The notes under the pieces were generated by a model, which was not told the DNA's origin, ran no database searches, and saw only the letters and a list, made by a program, of their open reading frames with translations. A program made the position numbers and the translations under genes. A stretch of DNA of 64,000 nucleotides from Oculina patagonica (taxonomy: Eukaryota), in contig NC_135761.1 in the NCBI RefSeq assembly GCF_052425735.1, forward strand, positions 14,756,001-14,820,000. Direction: 5' to 3'. Positions 26,570-39,288 of the stretch are shown piece by piece (position 1 is the first letter of the stretch; each line of letters starts with the position of its first letter).

Positions 26570-29225
26570 GTTATTAAACCACAAGTCCGAGTTTCTATGA
26601 GCGAATATAGTCAACGAGGTGAAGCAGAGTTGACTATCGCTTATAGAAAACTCTTGACTGGTCTACATTCCTTTCACCGCTCTTTGCAAACAAAGCTCGG
26701 CTGTTGACCAAATAATTGACTATACCTTATTGATAAACGGTTTGTATTTAAATTGCACCTGGTATAAGGAGACATAAAGTGAGTTTTATAATATTTCCAC
26801 GAGAACCTACATTGAGGGTCGAAGTCATTATATCCCCCAATTGCTTGTCTTAATATTATCCACCACTGGAATGAATTCATAAATTTGTTCATTGAAGTTG
26901 TTAACACTGGGCGATGCTTTGAGCTTTTGAATTAGCATTAAGAAATATACTTCTTTGAGTCAAATTCAATTTTTGCGTATACAAAAATTAACATTTATTG
27001 GACGAGGTTGAGTAAAATAGCGTGATTTGTCAGTGGCGAGCAGATCAATTGATCTGCGAGACACTGACAAATCACGATATTTTGCGAAAACAGAGTTCAA
27101 TAATTGTTTTATCATTCGATCACTGAATTTGTTTCGCACAAAGTACCTTTGGGAACTGCGTGGAAACCGCACTATTTCTTGAGGAATTAATGCAGACNNN
27201 NNNNNNNNNNNNNNNNNNNNNNNNNNNNNNNNNNNNNNNNNNNNNNNNNNNNNNNNNNNNNNNNNNNNNNNNNNNNNNNNNNNNNNNNNNNNNNNNNNNN
27301 NNNNNNNNNNNNNNNNNNNNNNNNNNNNNNNNNNNNNNNNNNNNNNNNNNNNNNNNNNNNNNNNNNNNNNNNNNNAGAAAAAACTTGCATTGAATGATAA
27401 TTTTTTTGTTCAACTGTTGACTCTCGAGTAGAAACAAAACAATAAATGAAAGCTTGCTTTTGTCCACAACTTCGAATTATTCGCGTTCATACCGTGGCCG
27501 TCAAGCCGCACGTCCTGATCACGTGCAAGTCCAGGGTTCAAGCTGTTGTCACTGAAGGAGTTGGTGAGTTTTTACTCGCCCTAGGGAGTTATACAGTTTT
27601 AATGCACGCTACGTCATACGTTCTCGTCCAATAGGACACTGCATTTCAGTTAAGGGCGGGGGTATAACAATACTATATCACTCAAACCCAGCTTGGACTT
27701 TCGCTTGTTACGGCGATTGAACTAATATCGCAGTACGAGGCGTCAAAACAAAACGGCGAAGGAACAAATTGTAGTTCAGTAAGTAATGTCTGTAACTGTA
27801 GCTATAGATTTCAGAGCAATAACAGCTTAGTAATATAATTCCCCTTAGCTTCGATTATATGTTATATGGACGAACGCCATATAAGTAGAAGAAGATAAAT
27901 GCCTTTAGGATACTCGTTCCATCTCTTACGTATTTTATGCTCAGAAAGCCAAACTAACATTATCTATCTAATACCGTTGTGTTATCACGGACTACTTGGG
28001 AAAATATTCTTTGTCACAAGTGACAGGAGGTGGAACAATGTCAGTATTTAAAGTATCCGGTAATTTACACAAATTGCGAATGAAAATTAATGATCACACG
28101 TTCACAAGTGTTTGTGATTACATAACGGTATTGTGACAATATTGTGACAATAATTGGAATATTCTTCCCTCGACAATGGACTGAAATCCAGCAGATGACT
28201 TTGTCTATTCTCTTGAGTAAGATTTTTGTTTCGTCTCGTTTTCTACAGTATTTAAGAACCACCTTGTATGATGTAAATTTTCTCATTCTGATGATGGTAG
28301 AGCTTCGATCTACCGAAATTTAACAGTTTATGTACCAAGTCGGTCATTTGTGTCCGAACTTCTCGGACACAATGAACCTATTCTGGTTATTCTTTGTTCT
28401 TCCTTAGCTTGTTTTAAATTTTGCTAGAAAAATAGTTTAATTAATTTAGCGGTTAAATTACGAGTGGAGTTTTCTATCAGGGGACAGCCAACGTTTGCTG
28501 TCGCTGAAAATTGATGTAGGGTAAGAAGTCTAAACTCTTTGCTCTGTCACTTGTTCTGTCACATACAGAAATCATAATATAAATTGGCAAAAAACAAATG
28601 GCAAAACAAGCCATTGTTTCTCAAGCAAATGTCGACTATCCAAAACAGCCAAGTATACTTGGCTTGATGTTTACATGCAATCGATAGCCGTTTTTGCGTG
28701 CTTGTGAAAACTGTTACCGTTGTCAAGGATATGATCTTCATTCATCATTTCATGCACGAAGCCTCTTCCTCTTCCTTTCGATCAATTGATCCAGCTGAAA
28801 ATATTATCGTCCCACACCAATGTCACTCATGTATATAACAACGTTGAACAAGTGATATATATAGGACGTGAATTATTGGTTTGCCGTTACATTGGACAGA
28901 GCAAATCATTGTTATTTCAACGCTACGTTATTTGACCATATAAGGTCAGAATATACGCAAAATATAACATGTCATTAACCTATAGTATAAATGACAAGAA
29001 AAGTGAAGTTGAATAATTCACATTTTTTTTCGATTGTTTTACACAAACTACTTTCACTTGTTTCTTATAGTTTTCTCATCGCTAACGGGCTCGAAAAAAA
29101 AACTACGACATTTGTAAAATTCCTGCGTTTATCATCTGCGAAACCATCAAATAAAACCACCGCATGGTTAGCTCAGTTGGTAGAGCGCCGGACTGCTGTG
29201 CGGGAGGTCGTGGGTTCGAACCCCA

Positions 29226-29266
<41 letters not shown>

Positions 29267-29384
29267 TGTGCTGCCTTTGTAATTACATCTGCAAATGGTT
29301 AGACATTCTAGTCTTCTCGGAAAAGGACGATAAACCGTAGGCCGTCTCCTGTATCTTCAGTGTTATGGTCAGCAGGGGACGTTA

Positions 29385-29416
<32 letters not shown>

Positions 29417-31886
29417 CTTTATTAACGTGTCTAAAATGTTTAGCTGAGGGGAAAAGTCCCCTCTACTAATTGTGGACACCTGACTAAGAAAAAACTTTAA
29501 AAAACTTAAACCTATCATTATACAACTATTACAATTAATAATTTAAAGTTAAAACAAGAAGCTATTTACATAATAAAAACGGGTAAAAAAAGTAAATCTA
29601 TTTAGAACCCACACACTTATCGTAAAGAGTAGAGCACGAAGTTCCCGGTGTTGTGGTCTGGCCTTTGTGTAGTAAATTACAGTATGTGTACAGCGCATTT
29701 GAACATTACATATGAAAAATGCGCTATATAAATTGATTATCATTATCATTATCATTATCATTATAAGGTGTAAAAATTAACGCTATTCGGTTTCCATGGG
29801 AGAAACATAATTCTCAAGTCTAAGTGGTCATGATATGATAAAAATAGCAAGCATTTCAGCGACTTGTTAAGCATTATTTCAAATAGCTCGAGGCGGATTG
29901 AGTCTTGAATGAATAAGAATTTCGTAAATTAAACTTCAAATTTATTTCGGCACTTTTTTAGTTCAAAAGTATTTTGAGATGCCTTGCTTTTTCAATCCGT
30001 GCAGAAAGTGCTTGTGCTTTCCGATTAAAACTTGAATTGAAGCATGCATTATGTAGGATCAACTGTCAACATGTTTAGAGCAAGGTCTAATAACCATAGG
30101 TCGAAACTTAACCGAGTTAGGAATCTTTGCATGCAAGAAAGATCTAAGGAAAATCGTTTTTTATCATCATTTTTTCAGCAGGATTTAAATTTGCTAATGG
30201 ATGGCCAAGTCATTCCTTAAAAGTAAATTGTAAGAGGCGAAGATTCCTTGCGCCTGACTATTTTTCTCATTAGGAAGGTATGGGGACGTGCCATGAGTTA
30301 ACTTTGCTTCATTTGTTTGTTGTCCCATTTCAGACCACGAGATAATATCAGAATAATATCGTTCAACTTCAAACAAATTCACGTTTTTAGGAATTATTTC
30401 CAGAAGAACAACACTTTGGAGAGATCAGAACTGGGCAATTTACAGACGTAGACAAAACGGTCTATTATTTAAATTGATAATTAAATTATTATTCCATTTC
30501 AGCTGCACTTATTTTGCCCAGAAGTCGAAACATGGCCGCATGGAAGCGTTTACTAACATATTGGATCTTGATTGGATTCTTCATATCGGGGGAAAGGTAG
30601 GCAAAGTTTCTTAGCAAATGGAAGATGTAAACCAGATAATTCTATAAATACGTAATACTGTGTAGCCAGCGGAGATAAACATATTTTTCTTGCTGATATC
30701 TTCTTGCGCGCTGCCCTGCATGGGCTTATAGTAGTTTAAAAGGCCTTTTTTTAGTAGACACATTGAAGGAAGGGATGGAATTGTGCGTTTTTAGAAAACA
30801 ATCTCTACAACGGCAGCTTATATTCAAATAAGATTTAAAATTTGCAAAATTTCTACAACCCTCATAAATGTTTTCCGAATGTACCTAATACTTAAGAGTT
30901 TTCTTGCGTTTTGCCGTATCCCGAAAGGTTTCGTTATACTTTGCCATAAGACGCTCTCAAACATGACAAGTTCGGCATTAATATTCAAACAAACAAAAAA
31001 TACCAGCAAATTTTCCAATTCAAGTACTCGCAATAGGCTATTCTTCTTAGTGTATCGATATTAACCTAGATGACCTTGTAATTATTATATTAGTTTCTTT
31101 ATTTTTATGCAGCGCCAGCGTAAAGGATGAAGAAGAAACTCAAGTTAAACAAGTAACACGCGAGGGTAAAGCAACATGTAGCATATTTATACTAGATAAC
31201 TTATCTGCTTACCTCAATAAAACACTGACATGAATCAGTTTAATTCATTGCGTCTTGATCAGGGGCAGGAGGGAGAAAAAATGCGCACTATTGATGTTCA
31301 GCAATAATTCTTTAGCTGGGTAAATCAAGAGAGGCGTAGGTTCCAATCGGTGACTTTCCATAAGTTTTTATTGGCAGTCATCGTCACCATATGTTGGCAA
31401 GGAAATTGGCATTCAGCATACTTTTGAGCTTATATTTGGCATCTAAAACAAGCAAAAAAAATTAACACAGAGGAATTTTCCGGCTTCAAAAAAAAATTAA
31501 ATCGTTTCAACATGAAAAAAATAAGGAGATTTACTGTTTGCTTTCGAGATTGGATGAGTTAATTTGTTCGTTTGATTATTTGTTTGTTTGTTTGTTTGTT
31601 TGTTTGTAAGCGCGTGTGATCATTGTGGATAGCAAATGAAAGTAAAAGTGTTGCTACAGAAACTTACATTTTTAACTCGTATTTACATTTTTTTTCCCTT
31701 TTTTTTACTCCATTACTGTTGTATTCTCTGAATGGTGGGTATACAAGTGTGCAAAATAACTGACTTTTATAGCAGAATGAAATCGCTAAACAATTCAAAG
31801 TCGACATTATGATTCTTGGAAGACAGCCTAATAATTCCCTTTGACAATATTCCCAGTGTTTTAGTATATTTTGTAGTTTTATAAAA
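26570..31886 (+). repeat. Segmental duplicate of the lipoxygenase upstream region, exons 1-2 and most of intron 2 (paralog about 41880-49153)
   Basis: Colinear similarity, e.g. 26805 vs 42110 (cctacattgagggtc), 28730 vs 46055 (tgtcaaggatatgatcttcat), 30520 vs 48070 (gaagtcgaaacatggccgcatgg), 31830 vs 49097 (taatattccctttgacaatattcccagtgt-like). Confidence 0.92.
29157..29762 (+). mobile_element. tRNA-derived SINE (family B) with (ATTATC)n tail, interrupted by an AT-rich insert of about 220 bp
   Basis: A/B boxes ggttagctcagttggtagagcg and gggttcgaaccc. The paralogous site at 46501-46525 (aaaccatcaaataaggtgtataaa) is empty. Confidence 0.8.
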
Positions 31887-33691
31887 AAAAATACACCACA
31901 CCACACCTCACTCCTACCTCTCTTCATTCTTTTCTGTTACTTTAATGTTTGTGGTTATATGCCAAAGAAATCATTTTTACCTGTAGGATCCAATCCAAGG
32001 CAAGTTGGCCTCGACTCACACAATGAATACAGAAGAGTCCACAACGCTCCTGGTATGCAATTAACTTCGGAACTTAACGATGACGCTCAGCGGTATGCAT
32101 CCAAACTTGCTCGTGAAAGTCTGTTTAAACATGACTCCAAAAGAGGAGGCGAAGGCGAGAACCTGGGACTACGATGCGGTCCGGGTAGTGATACTGAAAG
32201 GGTAAAGAAAGTCGTCGACGCATGGTAAGTATGACATTTGAATGGGAGAAAACATTTTTGCTTTTCTATCGAAATTCAGTATAAATCTACTAGCGTTCTA
32301 TCACAAATGCTGTTCTCTGATTGGCTACGCTACTCACTATCTATTCTGTTGCAGAAAGTGAGTAGCAAAACAGCGAGCAGTTGTCAACAGAATGGCCGCC
32401 GCTTTTGCGTTTTTTTTTTTTAATTTGACCGCTTATAGGGTTAATATATAAAGATATATAGTACAGTTAAGATAGAGCATTTTGAATTTTGGAGTTTCAC
32501 GCCACACGAGGTCAAAGATGACCGCCGGAAGGTTGTCATGATCAATGATCAATGATCAATGATACCTCATCCTGCGATTTTTAACAAAATGGACATTTGT
32601 GGTTTTGTAGGAATTGTTTATGTGAATGTTTACTTGTTCATGAGGGTGATCTGACCGCTTTTTGTAGCAGAATTTAATGCGAGATGTTTTTTATTGATTT
32701 CCGGCCGCTTTGTTGCAGCCCAAGCAGTTGGATTCCAACATGGCGTTTTCATACTGTGCTCTCTAAATTTGCGTAAAACATTTAACGCATAACTCGAGTA
32801 CGGAATAACGTACAGACCTGCGGATTGGACACATAGTTTATATACTAGTAAATACTACAATCTGTAATATTTTTTGATTTTTTTTGACTCTGTATCTCCT
32901 TCGAGTAATAGTTTATGCTATTTTCAAAATGCTAGTATTAGTAAAGTTTAACAATTAGTGTAATGCATATCACACGTTAAGAGAAGGCAGAAAATATTAC
33001 ACTTGCAAAAGGCACTTGTGAATTTGCTTTTTCGCGCCAAGAAGTGCGCATTAGTCTTTCGTATGTGCATCACTTCTTCACCTCTTATGTTGAAGTAGCC
33101 AAGTCCTTGAGCTCTCTCTTCCGCGCGCCTTTTAAGGTATTGAACTAAGACGCTCGAGGCGAGAGTCCAGGATAACTTGCATATGGTTTTTCCCCTATAT
33201 TTTTGGGGAAAAGCTGGCGCATGCGCATGCAAGTTATCCTGGACTCTCCCTTTGCGCGCCTGGGTTCAGCCCCTATAAAAGGCGCACGGAAGAGAGAGAG
33301 TTCAGCGACTGGACTAAATATATAGAGGTAACCGCTTAATAAGATAATGTGCTACAATGTATGGAATTTTGACACCTGAACGCGTAACGTGGTCCAATAA
33401 AAGTTGTTTCTGCTCTGTTTTAACTGTTATTCCAGGTATAAAGAGGTTTGTCAGTACAACTTCAATAATGGGGTTTTTTCTCGTGGCACGGGTCATTTCA
33501 CTCAAGTCGTGTGGAAGAGAAGCACACAGCTTGGCATAGGTTACGCCAGAGGTTCGTACACCTTTCGTAATGGCAAAAGGTTTGACAACTGCCTGTTTGT
33601 GGTTGGCCGATACAAGAAACAAGGAAACATGCGAGGGGAGTTCCAGAAGAATGTTTTGAAGGGGAGTTTCAATAAGCAAGCCGTGTGTTAA
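30532..33691 (+). CDS. CAP-5: chimeric gene, LOX-derived signal-peptide exons 1-2 spliced to CAP-domain exons, about 203 aa; exons 30532-30596, 31113-31165, 31987-32224, 33436-33691
   Basis: Reads MAAWKRLLTYWILIGFFISGES|ASVKDEEETQVKQVTRE|GSNPRQVGLDSHNEYRRVH...GENLGLRC...W|YKEVCQYNF...GHFTQVVW...QAVC*. Introns are canonical GT/AG with phases 2,1,2; 612 nt with no internal stop. Confidence 0.8.
33096..33316. mobile_element. MITE with terminal and internal inverted repeats in CAP-5 intron 3
   Basis: Ends ctctctcttccgcgcgcc / ggcgcacggaagagagag; internal gagagtccaggataacttgcat / atgcaagttatcctggactctc. Absent from the CAP-4 intron. Confidence 0.75.
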
Positions 33692-33929
33692 TCACCTGGA
33701 AACTATGGCAAAAGAAATGAGCTTTCTGCAAAGTCAAGTGCAGTTAAAAGTGGAGATTCGAAAAACCTGGAACTGGTTTTTTAACTAAGCGTTAATCTTA
33801 ATTGTTTATTTGTATCACGAAATTTGACGTGAATGAAGATGGGTTAAATAAAACACGATTTTGTCGTCAAGCGTCTGAGCTTTATTTCACTTGAACAGAG
33901 ATTTCTGGGAATCAGTCGTTAGTTTATAA

Positions 33930-34218
33930 AAAAAAGGGCAGCCTCGAGCCAAGTGGTGCATACTGCCGGAGCTTATCCTCGTTTCGATAGAATTAAGCAG
34001 TTAGCTAAAGGAATATTTTCCACCCCTCCCCCACCCCGGGTTGGGACGCTAGTCCATCGCAGGGTACCCCCCCCCATTTTTCCGCCCCCCCCTTTACGGG
34101 GGGGGGAGAGTAAAGTGCCTTGCTCAAAAACACAACACAGTGACCCCGGCCAAGGCTCGTACCCGGAACGTCCGCTCCGGAGTCCGGCGCGCTAACCATT
34201 AGGCCACTGCGCCTCCTA
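33930..34218 (-). mobile_element. Family A SINE
   Basis: The reverse complement begins ggaggcgcagtggcctaatggttagcgcgccggactccgga. Confidence 0.8.
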
Positions 34219-34569
34219 TATGCCAATATGATTAATTACTCATACTCAGTAGTAAATTTTCGCTGGAAATTTGACGCAGGCACAGAAATTAGGCAAATGC
34301 AGGAGATCGATGGTTCTGGCTTATTTCTGCGGACCTCCGCCTTCAGAATGAGAACAAGGGGGTGAGGGGAGGGGTATCGTGTAGGTTAAGACTTTGAATA
34401 ATTGTTAACCATTAAATCTGGAGTTTGCTTCGGTAGGGTTATAAAGTACCATTCAACCTTTTATTTTAAAAACTATACGTTTCGTATGCTTCAACAAACA
34501 TCTTCAGAAGTGAACGTTAGCTACATCACAAATAAATTAAAATGTTTAACTAAATTGTATTTAAATAAA

Positions 34570-34695
34570 TAAATAATAATAGTAATAGTTATAATAAAAA
34601 CAATAATGACGACGACGACGGTGATGATGATGATGAAGATGAAGATGAAGATGTAGATGATGATGATGATGATAAAGATGATGATGATGATGATT
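34570..34695. repeat. (AAT)/(GAT)n microsatellite
   Basis: Visible directly. The paralogous position downstream of CAP-4 is the N-gap at 24253-24482. Confidence 0.9.
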
Positions 34696-35744
34696 AAAAA
34701 TAAACTATATATGTTCCTGATTAGATACCAGTCTTTCATTTGACATTTAAATTTATTTGTAGTCTAGCGAGCAGTCACTTCTGAAGATGTATGTTAGAGC
34801 ATTTGATGTTTTGTCATGTTTGTCACCGCAGTTTTTCTTTTTTTTTGTACTGAGGCTGAAATGGCCTACGTATAAAAGTGCTTACGATTTTTTTAGGTTA
34901 TTTTTTTTGGCAGTCGCTATCTTGGAATTGACTGGGCTGAGGAGGTAAGCTTTCGTTGGGAGTGTTAATTACAATTCCTTTATCTACAGCAGATCCCCTT
35001 AGACTGAGAAACCTTAGTATGGGAAGTCATCCTTTCAGAATAAATGAACGGTATTTTACACATAATTTTGCGTGAAACCTCAAGTTGCAACAGTATGTGT
35101 CTATAAAAGTTCGCTCCTTTCTCAGTCTCCTTTTTCCTTTCTCTCTTCACAATCCTTGAGTGAACGAAATGTAAGGTGAAGTTCCTAGCGGCAAGAGAAT
35201 AGAAACGGATTTGTAAAAATCGACGTATGTGAGTCCAATCCTGATTAAAATAAATAATAACAATAACACTTTCATCTATATGATTTGGGCGTTGGGAAAC
35301 CACCCTCCTCGCTTAAGGTTATTTAAGGTTTTGGGTAGCATAATACCTTCAGATGACATGAATGCATAAGCGAAGCATTTTTAAATATAATTTGACAAGC
35401 ATTTTGTGCAGCGAATTGCATGGTCAGGATTGTCATGAAACTTTCTGATACAAAACTAGAGAGCTCTGAGGCTTATTTGCTAAAGTTTGGGAGAAATCTG
35501 TCGTCGGGTTTTAAAGTTATAGAAATTTTTGGTAAAAACTAGATTTTGAAAATATGATCAAATCTCAAAAGATTTTATTCCGACTGAAAAACGAATGTCA
35601 TATTCTGAAAATTCGAACATTTTTCATTCAGGACGCAAAAATTCGAAGAAATCGGTGAAATCTTTCCTGCCAAAAAGCGCGATTCAAAAATGCAACAATC
35701 ACGTAAATAAATAGGATCCGGCCACCTTAAGAATCATAACTTTC

Positions 35745-36440
35745 TATAGCTTTTTTGAACATACAAGTACACTTTTCAAAGGTTTAAATGTCATTAAATT
35801 ATTTGATGAAGTAGCTTTTCACATTGCTGTTTTTATGTACAAATTTAAAAACAAATTTTTTCCTACTAATTTTGATGTTTTTTTTCATTTTGGTAAAAAA
35901 AATTACAATTACAACACAAGACTTTTCTCTAGAATGGCTAATGCTCTACCCCAAACCAGAACAAACTAAGGAATCTTTAATATTAGATATCAGGGTGCTA
36001 AAAACTGGAATGGTATCAGTGATACCATTAAGCTTCAGTCTGATACTAAAACGATTTAAGAAAAAGTTCAAATCAAGCATTATTGCAAGCTATTAACTGA
36101 ACTTTCTATACCACTGTAATTTTAAATACCTTTCTTCTGTTAGTTAATGTGGCCATATACTTTATTTTCCAGCTTATTTTCACTATTTTTAAGTAAACTA
36201 AGATTTTGTCTGTGTGTCTGAATGTTGTTGTATTTGTTATCTATAACTAAGTCCTATAAAGTACTCGGCTGACCCATTTTAAAAATCATTGTATTAAACA
36301 CTAAGGATGGCTGCCCAATCTTATTAGCCAATGGTGTTTATTTTGGGCAACCATGCACTTCATTTTATTCTTATTATTCTTTATATTGTAAATTCGATTT
36401 TATTTTGGGCGCAAATAAAATGTTGTTGTTGCTGTTATAT
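35745..36440 (+). mobile_element. 5'-truncated LINE (CR1/L2-clade-like) ORF2 3' end with tail
   Basis: Frameshifted peptide IAVFMYKF..NYNTR..LPQTRTN*GIFNIRYQGAK.WN..FKKKFK resembles the post-RT C-terminus of these elements. It ends with aataaa and (TTG)n. Confidence 0.65.
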
Positions 36441-36939
36441 ATGTTAATGTGCAAAATCTTATGAAACACGTTGCTAGAAAATTTGTTCAGGGAATTTGTA
36501 GAGTCCACTGGACCTTTAAGCTATATCATCATACTGTACCAAATCAAGTTATTGGTATCTATATGACTCTAGAAAACTCATATTGCATATGTTTTTATTC
36601 CCATTGCAGTTACATCGCAGATTGATCTTTGGAAGCCAGAAAAATACGAAATTACTGGCCAAATAAAACCTTTGCCAGATGGTAGCATGAATGTTCAGCT
36701 GAATGCTTAAAAGGAAGAAGCAGGACCGAGTAGTCACCTTGTTGGTCCCAAAACAACAAAGAGCACCACTGCTACAATAGCTCCTACGCAAAACCCACAG
36801 ACATCTTCAAAACCAACGCCCATGGGAAGCCAGGGACCTTCCAGTTCACCTCCAGGTGCTGGGATGACTACACCTCCCAGTCCAAGCACTGGGGTCGAAG
36901 CAAGTACTCCTTCTACTCCAAGCCAGAGTTCTGAGACGA

Positions 36940-37640
36940 CTGGGGCAAGTACAGCCCCGACTCCAAGACCAGGGCCTGAGGCGAACAAGACATCTACTTC
37001 AAGCTCAGCTGAAAGCACGATACAAAAGGTACTACAAGGGGTACTACAGCGCCAAGTGCAACTCATGGTGTTGGGACAATTACAGCTCCTGCCCCAAGCC
37101 CAGGGCCTAAGCCGACCACAACAACTACTTCAAGCTCAGCTGCTAATATGACTACAAACGGTACTACAAGGGGGACTACAGCGCCAAGTGCAAGTCAAGG
37201 TGTTGGGACAATTACAGCTCCTACTCCATCAGGGCCTAAGGCGAATAAAACTTCTACACCAAGCTCAGCTGAAAACACGACTACAAAAGGTACTACAAGG
37301 GGGACTACAGCGCCAAGTGCAAGTCAAGGTGTTCGGACAATTACAGCTTCTACTCTAAGTCCAGGGCCTGAGGCGAACAAAACATCTACACCAAGTTCAG
37401 CTGAAAACACGACTACAAAAGGTACTACAAGGGGGACTACAGCGCCAAGTGCAAGTCAAGGTGTCAGGACAACTACAGCCCCAACTCCAAGACCAGGGTC
37501 AAGTGCAAGTCAAGGTGTCGGGACAACTACAGCCCCAACTCCAAGACCAGGGCCTGAGGCTAACAAAACATCTACACCAAGCTCAGCTGAAAACACAACT
37601 ACAAAAGGTACTACAAGGGGGACTACAGCGCCTAGTCCAA
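36940..37640 (+). repeat. Coding minisatellite of about 120 bp (GPEANKTSTPSSAENTTTKGTTRGTTAPSASQGV..TAPTPRP) in the CAP-6 linker
   Basis: About five copies are visible in both the DNA and the ORF translations. Confidence 0.9.
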
Positions 37641-38940
37641 GCCCAGGTGTTGGGGCCACTACAGCACCTACCCAGAGCCCGGGGGCTGGAAAAACTAAAC
37701 CTTCTAGTCCAAGGCCGCGACCTTCATCAAACGTAACTTGTACTGGAAGCCCGGGTGGGAGTACAGCTCCAGGTCGGGTAACTACGCCTTCTAGTGCAAG
37801 CCCGGGTGCTAAATCGAATACACCTCCTACTCCAAGTCCGGGTGCGCGTGTATTTCCAACGAGAGGGGCCAGCACAGCCCAAAAAATTGCAGGTACGTTT
37901 CATTAGCCAAAAAAAGGCCTGTAAGGGCCAGGGTTCCTGACTTTCAGTACATACTCTTGACATACACAAACGTAATTATAATTGTCAAAGTACTCGTCAT
38001 CGGCCAAATTAGAAATTTAACCGCCCAATTAAAAATTCGAGTGCATCGATCTTGCCTGTTTAATTGATTATTGATTCTAGACTCTGCATTAAATTCAGTC
38101 AGACAGATCAAAGTGAAAGTGCTTCGGGAGCAAAACAAACAAACAAACATTCTTGTCTATAAACATTCTCGTTTATAATGAAGTTGGTACGAAGTGCGGA
38201 AAAAGATGCGTAAATGATCCACGATTGCTTTTGACTTATCTTCTGATTGGACGAAAAATAAGTGGCGCGAGACTTTTAAACCAATCACTACGGGTTGTAA
38301 TGCAAAACAAAAGAAAATGCGAAATAATTTTAACACTCAAGCGAAATCTGCTCTGTTATCTTCAATTTATTCGGATTTTCCGATATCATCCTGAAGGTTC
38401 AAAGGCTGGGAGGCAAGTTGGACTGAACTTACATAACAAGTATCGACAAATTCACAACGCTCCAATAATGCAGTTATCTCCACAACTAAACGAAGACGCT
38501 CGACTGTTTGCAGAAACTCTGCTGGTATTAATATGTTGGTACATGACAAAAGTCAACTAGAAAATAAAAGTGAAGGTGACCGTCGCAGTAATGTAAAATC
38601 AGTTAAGAAGGTCGTCGATGCTTGGTGAGTGAATATTTTTTTTTTCAAAGATAACTTTCCTGAACTGTCAATTGGTACCCTCATGTTTGCTGCCCTCATG
38701 TTTACTCCTCATTGTACGAGAATAAAAATGGTGGATATAATATGTGTTTCGTTTGAAACTATGGGTACATCAATAAGCTGTAATCTAATCTGTTCTTGTC
38801 TGTTTTTATATAACCCACCGTCACGATGCCCATACATGGTCACGAAGTCATTGTTATCTGTCCTCCATATACATAACATATCCGCTAGGGGCCTCTACTT
38901 ATCGTTTGCACAAATAGTGGACCAACCTTATGCCCATGTA

Positions 38941-39190
38941 CCGTAATGATTCGATTAAGCGCCCTCCTTCCAATAAGCGCCCCCTTCCAAATAAGCGCCC
39001 CCCTTCGATTGTGTTTTTGTCAATAAGCGCCCCTATTCCAATAAGCGCCCCCATTCTAATAAGCGCCCCTGATTCGGTTGTTTTTCAATAAGAGCCGTGT
39101 CCCGAATAAGCGCCCTGTCGCGAATAAGCGCCCTCCCTTGAGGTGCCAAAAGTAAATAAGCGCCCCGGGCGCTAAATCGAATCATTACGG
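38941..39190. mobile_element. MITE with TA target-site duplication (Tc1/mariner-superfamily style) and internal AATAAGCGCCC repeats
   Basis: ta[ccgtaatgattcgattaagcgccc ... gggcgctaaatcgaatcattacgg]ta. Confidence 0.85.
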
Positions 39191-39288
39191 TAAATACGAA
39201 ACAACCACGGTCTCTTGCCCGTCCTCTTGACCTTTACGGGTTCCTAAAGCAGAAGCAAGTCACGGAGTCCCAAAACGCCTTCTTATTT

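Noticed and set aside
29157-29232. tRNA gene (His-like)
   Set aside because: No closing acceptor stem, and it continues into a SINE body and tail; the paralogous site is empty, so it is a SINE head.
38941-39190. CRISPR-like spaced repeats (AATAAGCGCCC)
   Set aside because: Repeats are 11 bp with short irregular spacers, enclosed by TIRs and a TA duplication, in eukaryotic DNA with no cas genes; this is a MITE.
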